From positions 1 through 38,859 of IMG/VR virus record IMGVR_UViG_3300032318_002324: a stretch of DNA of 38,859 nucleotides, one strand, 5' to 3'. Made by a program: the position numbers and the translations under genes. Origin of the DNA: a virus (lineage: Duplodnaviria; Caudoviricetes). The notes below the pieces were generated by a model. The model was not told the DNA's origin and ran no database searches. It was given only the letters and a program-made list of their open reading frames with translations. Below, piece after piece: positions 33,340 to 38,859 of this stretch (position 1 is the stretch's first letter; the number at the start of each line of letters is the position of its first letter).

Positions 33340-34524
33340 TTACAGTTGAAATCCAGCAAAGGAATCTTTTTTCATATCTTGTTTAATACCACCAACCACA
33401 TAACTTTCAACTTCCGTTTCTTGCGGAGCAACTTGAAGTCCCTTGGAACTAATCCAATGCTCCGTCCAAGGAAGTGGATTGTTTTTAGCAGCAATGTCAT
33501 AAAGTGGTTTAATACCAATAGACTTCATACGACGATTCGCAATCCACTCAACATAACTCCAAAGAAGTTTGTCATTCAATCCAATCATTGAACCGTCTTT
33601 AAACAAATACTCTGCCCACCTTTTCTCCTCATTTACGCAATTATCAAAAGCACTTATTACCCATTCCTCTTCTTCTTTAGCAATTTGTTGCATTTCTGGA
33701 TCATCTCCTTCACGCCACTTATTGAGGATGTTTTGAGTAATGACAAGATGCTGATTTTCGTCTCTTGCGATGAGAGAGATAATTTTAGCGGATCCTTCCA
33801 TAAGTTTGAGTTCACCAAACGCAAAGCTGCAAGCGAACGAGACGTAAAACCTGATACCTTCGAGAATATTGACATTTGCAATTGCACGATAGAGTTTTCT
33901 TTTTAATTCATATCTTTCTTCCTTTGCAGTTCCAGCACCTTCTTGAGCGTGAATCCAAAGATTTGAGTTTCCATAAAATTGTGCGGAATTAATAAAATCA
34001 TCATAAGCTCCTGTGACTGAGGATGCTCTTTCTAAAATTTTATCATTATTCAAGATGGAATCAAATACTTCAGAGGGGTCTGAATAAACATTCTTAATGA
34101 TGTAAGTATAGGAACGACTATGAATCATTTCCATAAATTCCCACACAGTCATACAAGCTTCCAATTCAGGAAGAGAACAATAAGGAATAAATGCCATTCC
34201 AGGACCACGACCTTGAACTGAATCTAAAAGAATTTGATACTTCAAATTAGAAGTAAAGATATGTTTTTGTTCTGGTCGAAGAGTTTGATAATCTGCACGA
34301 TCCTTTTGCAAAGAAACTTCTTCTGGTCTCCAGAAATATCCCAACTGTTGTTGAGTCAGTTTATCAAATACTGGATACTTATATGAATCATATCTTTGAA
34401 CTCCAAGAGGAGAACCAAAAAACATAGGTTGCTTTTTGGCATCTACCTCTTGAGTATTAAATACGGTCATTCCTTGAATCATTTTTTCTTTCTCTGCAGT
34501 AATTCTAAATTTTACAGGATTCAC
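33340..34524 (-). CDS. nrdB: ribonucleotide reductase class Ia beta subunit
   Basis: FWRPEE, LDSVQGR, EMIHSRSY (radical Tyr), LEGIRFYVSF, RDENQH, APQETE. Confidence 0.97.
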   Translation of the reverse strand: MNPVKFRITAEKEKMIQGMTVFNTQEVDAKKQPMFFGSPLGVQRYDSYKYPVFDKLTQQQLGYFWRPEEVSLQKDRADYQTLRPEQKHIFTSNLKYQILLDSVQGRGPGMAFIPYCSLPELEACMTVWEFMEMIHSRSYTYIIKNVYSDPSEVFDSILNNDKILERASSVTGAYDDFINSAQFYGNSNLWIHAQEGAGTAKEERYELKRKLYRAIANVNILEGIRFYVSFACSFAFGELKLMEGSAKIISLIARDENQHLVITQNILNKWREGDDPEMQQIAKEEEEWVISAFDNCVNEEKRWAEYLFKDGSMIGLNDKLLWSYVEWIANRRMKSIGIKPLYDIAAKNNPLPWTEHWISSKGLQVAPQETEVESYVVGGIKQDMKKDSFAGFQL

Positions 34525-36802
34525 AATCGTCCTCTCCTCCTTCTAAAAGTTCTTTAACTAAATCATCAATACTTACATTATCCTCCTTAACTTCATCAGT
34601 CTTATTATCATATGTATTTTGGTAATAAGATGTCTTCCATCCAAGTTTATAAGTTGTGAGAAGATCTTGTGCCATCACTGAAACAGGAACTTCATTGTTT
34701 TCATAATTGCTTGGATTATAGGACCAGTTTCCAGAAATTGCTTGATCGAAGAATTTTTGCATAACTGCAACAATATTAATATACCCACGATTGCTAGGCA
34801 TATCCCAAAGCAACGTATAATTATTTTTAAGATGTTGATACTGTGGAACAATTTGCTTAAGTGGTCCCTTCTTTGACTTCTTAATGGACAAGAACCCTCT
34901 AGGTGGTTCAATTCCATTTGTTGCATTTGACACAACGGAACTGCTCTCCGATGGCATTTGTGCGGACAGTGTTGAATGTCGTAGACCGTATGCCTGAATT
35001 TCGGCACGTAAAGTTTCCCAATCATGCTGCAATGGAATAGAAGAAATTTCGTCTACATCTTTTTTATAAGTGTCAATAGGAAGAATTCCTTGTGAATACT
35101 TAGTGCGATTGAAATATTCACAAGCACCCTTTTCTTTAGCAACTTCATTTGATGCTTTAAGAAGGAAATATTGGAATGATTCAGATAATTGGTGAATTGC
35201 ATCCCATGCTTCTTGAGAATCATATTTAAACCCAAGTTTAGCAAGATAATGTGCCAAACCAATATATCCAACACCTAAAGATCTACGTGCTTTAGTGCTA
35301 ATCTCTGCAGCAACTACAGGATAGTTTTGATAATCAATCAACTCTTCTAATCCTCTTACAGAAAGATCACAAAGATCTTCAAATTCATCATCGGATTTTA
35401 CTTTACCAACATTAACAGCAGAAAGAATACAAAGTGCAATTTCACCATCAGGATCATCAATATGTTGAAGTGGAACTGTAGGAAGTGTAATCTCTTGGCA
35501 AAGATTACTCATTTCAACCTTATCAATAAAGGATGAGTGTGAATTGCAATGGTCGATATTCATAATGTAAATACGACCAGTTTCTGCTCTTTCTTTTAAG
35601 AGGTCCAGAAAGAGTTCTTGAGCTCCGATAGTCTTTCTAGGAATAGATTCATTTCGTTCTGCATCCATATAAAGATCGTCAAATCGATCAGTCCCAAAAG
35701 CATCATAAAGACCAGGAACTGCATGTGGAGAGAAAAGGGAGATTTCTTCGTTCTTGATAAATCGTTCATAGAACAGTTTGGAGATTTGGATAGAATAGTC
35801 CAATTTACGAACACGATTATCTTCGGTTCCTTTATTATTTTTTAGCACCAAGATATCTTCTATTTCTTGGTGCCAGATAGGAAAGTGGACTGTAGCAGAA
35901 CCACCTCTGATACCGTTTTGTGTGCAGCATCGCACAGTTGCTTCAAACTTTTTAAGGAAGGGAACAACACCTGTGTGTTGTACTTCTCCACCTCTGATTT
36001 TACTGTTGATGCCACGGATTCGACCTGCGTTGATACCGATGCCCGCCCTTTGTGCAACATATCTGCCGATAGCCATATCAGAACTAAAGATGCTATCGAG
36101 GGTGTCATCAACATCAACAAGAACACAGCTAGCAAATTGTCGAAGTGGAGTTCGCACTCCTGCCATGATAGGTGTGGGAATGTTGATTTTGTGCTTTGAG
36201 ATTGCGTCGTAGTATCGTTTGACATAGGAAATTCTAGTTTCTTTTGGATATCTAGCAAAAATAGTAGCAGCAATCATCATATACATGAACTGTGGAGTTT
36301 CATATACTTGACCGACACTACGGTCCTGAACCAAATACTTATCAACTACTTGTCGAAGACCAGCATAAGTAAAAAGATAATCACGATTGTGTTGAATATA
36401 ATGACCAAGACGATTAAGTTCTTCTTCTGTATAGTTATTCAAGATTTCTGAGTCATAAACTCCACAATCAACACATTTCTTAATGTGCTCAACAAAATCA
36501 GGATGATCTTGCACTCTTCCGTACAAAGATTTTCTTACAGCAAACAGAAGCAATCTTGCAGCAACAAACTGATAATTTGGATTTTCCAAATCAATCAAAT
36601 CAGATGCTGAACGAATCAGAATTTCTTGAATTTCTGCGGTTGTAATGCCATCATAAAATTGAATACCAGATTGCATTTCAACTTGAGATGCAGAAACACC
36701 AGCAAGATCTCTACATGCTTCTTCAACCATCAAATGAAGTTTATTTAAATCAAGAGATTCATTATTACCATTTCTCTTAATTACTTTTGTACCGTTGCTC
36801 AT
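34505..36802 (-). CDS. nrdA: ribonucleotide reductase class Ia alpha subunit
   Basis: ATP cone, PTPIMAG, ASCVL, SNLCQEI, QMPSESSS, C-terminal CESC; no intein evident. Confidence 0.98.
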   Translation of the reverse strand: MSNGTKVIKRNGNNESLDLNKLHLMVEEACRDLAGVSASQVEMQSGIQFYDGITTAEIQEILIRSASDLIDLENPNYQFVAARLLLFAVRKSLYGRVQDHPDFVEHIKKCVDCGVYDSEILNNYTEEELNRLGHYIQHNRDYLFTYAGLRQVVDKYLVQDRSVGQVYETPQFMYMMIAATIFARYPKETRISYVKRYYDAISKHKINIPTPIMAGVRTPLRQFASCVLVDVDDTLDSIFSSDMAIGRYVAQRAGIGINAGRIRGINSKIRGGEVQHTGVVPFLKKFEATVRCCTQNGIRGGSATVHFPIWHQEIEDILVLKNNKGTEDNRVRKLDYSIQISKLFYERFIKNEEISLFSPHAVPGLYDAFGTDRFDDLYMDAERNESIPRKTIGAQELFLDLLKERAETGRIYIMNIDHCNSHSSFIDKVEMSNLCQEITLPTVPLQHIDDPDGEIALCILSAVNVGKVKSDDEFEDLCDLSVRGLEELIDYQNYPVVAAEISTKARRSLGVGYIGLAHYLAKLGFKYDSQEAWDAIHQLSESFQYFLLKASNEVAKEKGACEYFNRTKYSQGILPIDTYKKDVDEISSIPLQHDWETLRAEIQAYGLRHSTLSAQMPSESSSVVSNATNGIEPPRGFLSIKKSKKGPLKQIVPQYQHLKNNYTLLWDMPSNRGYINIVAVMQKFFDQAISGNWSYNPSNYENNEVPVSVMAQDLLTTYKLGWKTSYYQNTYDNKTDEVKEDNVSIDDLVKELLEGGEDDCESCKI

Positions 36803-37800
36803 ACTCGTTTCCATCCAATAAGTTTTGCTTTTGCTTCTAATCCCATATAAGTATTTTCCTTGATGATTTTTGAGGCATCAATTCCTACAAGGATCATATC
36901 ATTAATATCCTTTTCTTTCAAGTCATTCGGCCAAATAACGATTGGAAGTCGCATTTCTATTGCCTTTTCCATTCTATCAACAATTTGTCTATTTCGTTTT
37001 TCATTATCATAAACCATCACAAATTCTGTTTCAAAGTTGGAAAGGAAAAACATTTTGTCGATATCAGCACCAACCATAGCAATTGAATTATCCAAAAACA
37101 TACTATCAATTGGTCCTTCAACAACATAAACAGTTTTATTGTAATCTGGTTTATCTAAATTGTAGATTTTTGGGTGATTTTCATTAAGAATAATTGTAAT
37201 GTATTTTACCTTTGAATTTTTATTTAAACTACGACCTTGAAATCCAAATATTTCCTCTTTGTTAATTAGAGGAATAATGATTCGTGGTTCGTCTTGTTCT
37301 ACTTTATCAAAGGTGTGTTTTTGGGTATTCGTCCATTCTTTAAACTTTTCACAGAAATACAATTCACGCAGATAGTTGTTGGGTATTTTTCTATCTTCTA
37401 GATATTTTCTTGCGAAGTGTTCTTTATTTAGTTCTGCGATAGTAGGAAGATCAAATGACTTTTTTGAAAAATTTGGTTTCTCAAAATTAAATTCTGGTGT
37501 TTTTGTTTGAGACCTTTTGCCTGTGGTGCCTTCTTTATATCTTTCCATTACATACTGATCGTAAAGGACAGTATCTAGATCTTTTAAGAAATTTGTGAAT
37601 GTTCTAGAAGTTCCACAATTATGACATTTAAAATTGTGATCGTTTTTTAATTGGTAAATATATCCTCTTGCTTTACTTTTTGTTCTTTGACTATCACCAC
37701 AGTAAGGACACCGAAAGTTATAAAGACCTTCTTTTTTCTTGGCAAACTTATCCAGTCGAGAAGATACCAACCCGATGTATTTTGAATCAACAAAACTCAT
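36799..37800 (-). CDS. DNA primase (T4 gp61-like)
   Basis: FRCPYCGDS...CHNCG zinc finger; FQGRSL; VEGPIDS TOPRIM; KDINDM. Confidence 0.95.
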   Translation of the reverse strand: MSFVDSKYIGLVSSRLDKFAKKKEGLYNFRCPYCGDSQRTKSKARGYIYQLKNDHNFKCHNCGTSRTFTNFLKDLDTVLYDQYVMERYKEGTTGKRSQTKTPEFNFEKPNFSKKSFDLPTIAELNKEHFARKYLEDRKIPNNYLRELYFCEKFKEWTNTQKHTFDKVEQDEPRIIIPLINKEEIFGFQGRSLNKNSKVKYITIILNENHPKIYNLDKPDYNKTVYVVEGPIDSMFLDNSIAMVGADIDKMFFLSNFETEFVMVYDNEKRNRQIVDRMEKAIEMRLPIVIWPNDLKEKDINDMILVGIDASKIIKENTYMGLEAKAKLIGWKRV

Positions 37801-37814
37801 TACAAAAAAGAATA

Positions 37815-38237
37815 TTACTTCGTTCTCTCTATGCTACTTGAATTCTGGTGTGGTGTCAAGAGATTTAATGCTGGTGGAACAAATTTAACAAAGATAGCAA
37901 TGACTGCTAAACCACCTAATATCTGCCACCTAAACTTCGAAATACCTTCTACTTTTTCTTCTACTTTATCTAATCTTTCTCCAAGTTTTCTACTAATTTC
38001 ATCGTGTTGTTCTTTTGATGAAACTCTAATATCTTCTATCATCTTAACAATAAGATTATCAGTTCTATTACATTGCTCTATCTTTTCATTGTGAATAGCA
38101 AGCATTTGACTGATATTTTGACTTGTTTCACTAATCTTTTGTATTGCAGAATCAATACGAGTCATCATCTGTTCGTAAACATTAATACGTTCTTCAAGTA
38201 GTGCTATTTTTGTTTCGGTAGATGATGGAGGGAACAT
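37815..38237 (-). CDS. coiled-coil protein with a C-terminal TM segment
   Basis: Heptad pattern followed by FRWQILGGLAVIAIFV. Confidence 0.75.
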   Translation of the reverse strand: MFPPSSTETKIALLEERINVYEQMMTRIDSAIQKISETSQNISQMLAIHNEKIEQCNRTDNLIVKMIEDIRVSSKEQHDEISRKLGERLDKVEEKVEGISKFRWQILGGLAVIAIFVKFVPPALNLLTPHQNSSSIERTK

Positions 38238-38243
38238 TTTTTA

Positions 38244-38468
38244 TTATTGTGTTGGTTTTCTTCTTTCTAACCATTTTTTACGGAATCCAGTCCCATAAAT
38301 GTATTTATTTTTCTTTTTTACTGGTGGAGTATCTGGTGGAAGTCCCGCTATATTTATTTGTCCTGGTGGATTTGTAGAATTTGTAGGAACAGCAGATGCT
38401 GACATTCCATCTTCAACAATATAATGTCTTACAATTGAAATAATTCTGTTTAGGGTAGATTCTTTCAT
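38244..38468 (-). CDS. hypothetical phage protein
   Basis: ORF track; coupled to the upstream gene. Confidence 0.7.
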   Translation of the reverse strand: MKESTLNRIISIVRHYIVEDGMSASAVPTNSTNPPGQINIAGLPPDTPPVKKKNKYIYGTGFRKKWLERRKPTQ

Positions 38469-38839
38469 TAGATTAAATTAAGTTGTTCTAAACATTCTAT
38501 ATCAATTGGAATATTATGAATTTTAGTTTTTGGAACTTCGGGCAATCTTCCAAGATAAACCACAAAAGTTTTGACAATACTCCAAAATTCACTATCTATT
38601 TTATAAAACAATAAAGGTGTTGCTGCATCACCAAAAACATTATAAAGAATAATAAAATGATTAATTAAAAGGTGAGCGTTTAACTCACCTGTTGTTTTAT
38701 GTCTTTTTAATAATCGTTTTATCCACTTAAACCTTTTTAGATCTTCATAAAAATCATCTTTGGTTACAGATTGTGGATTATCATAATATTTAATAGCAAA
38801 TAAGAGATAATTATCTTCATTCAATTCATCAAATCTCAT
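38468..38839 (-). CDS. conserved T4-like phage hypothetical protein
   Basis: MRFDELNEDNYLLFAIKYYDNPQ...DLKRFKWIKRL...NH.IILYNVF. Confidence 0.8.
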   Translation of the reverse strand: MRFDELNEDNYLLFAIKYYDNPQSVTKDDFYEDLKRFKWIKRLLKRHKTTGELNAHLLINHFIILYNVFGDAATPLLFYKIDSEFWSIVKTFVVYLGRLPEVPKTKIHNIPIDIECLEQLNLI

Positions 38840-38859
38840 ATCATGCACTAATCGTTAAA

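Noticed and set aside
33340-36814. Intein or intron in nrdA/nrdB
   Set aside because: Both ORFs are uninterrupted and of ordinary size, with no splice-junction motifs seen
818-38094. Many plus-strand and alternate-frame ORFs in the track (e.g. 818..1078, 4919..5155, 18964..19350, 33031..33591, 35860..36273)
   Set aside because: They lie antisense to or inside well-supported genes, lack SD/promoters and read as shadow ORFs

Overview
AT-rich segment of a T4-like cyanomyophage, probably one infecting freshwater Synechococcus/Cyanobium. This is inferred from psbA, hli, T4-type nrdA/nrdB/nrdC, the gp61 primase and TATAAATA late promoters. Almost all genes are on the minus strand. In reading direction (right to left) the window holds: primase-nrdA-nrdB; two modular, probably virion-associated proteins; a GIY-YIG nuclease, a cell-wall hydrolase and Dps; an orphan Phd-type antitoxin and tRNA-Ile(UAU); a ~15 kb nucleotide-sugar/glycosyltransferase island (GDP-fucose/colitose, heptose, methyltransferases); two hli genes; a candidate lysis cassette whose C39 peptidase and lysozyme share an N-terminal domain; a four-gene plus-strand late operon of exported proteins; psbA with a structured leader; and small genes. 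The most striking element lies at 407-805 and is absent from the ORF track. It is an NtcA-box promoter followed by tandem glutamine-riboswitch-like (glnA motif) aptamers, the second of which has a 50-codon ORF inside its P2 loop, upstream of a 35-aa basic peptide. It looks like a phage nitrogen-sensing module. All family calls come from motif recognition by eye; no database search was run.
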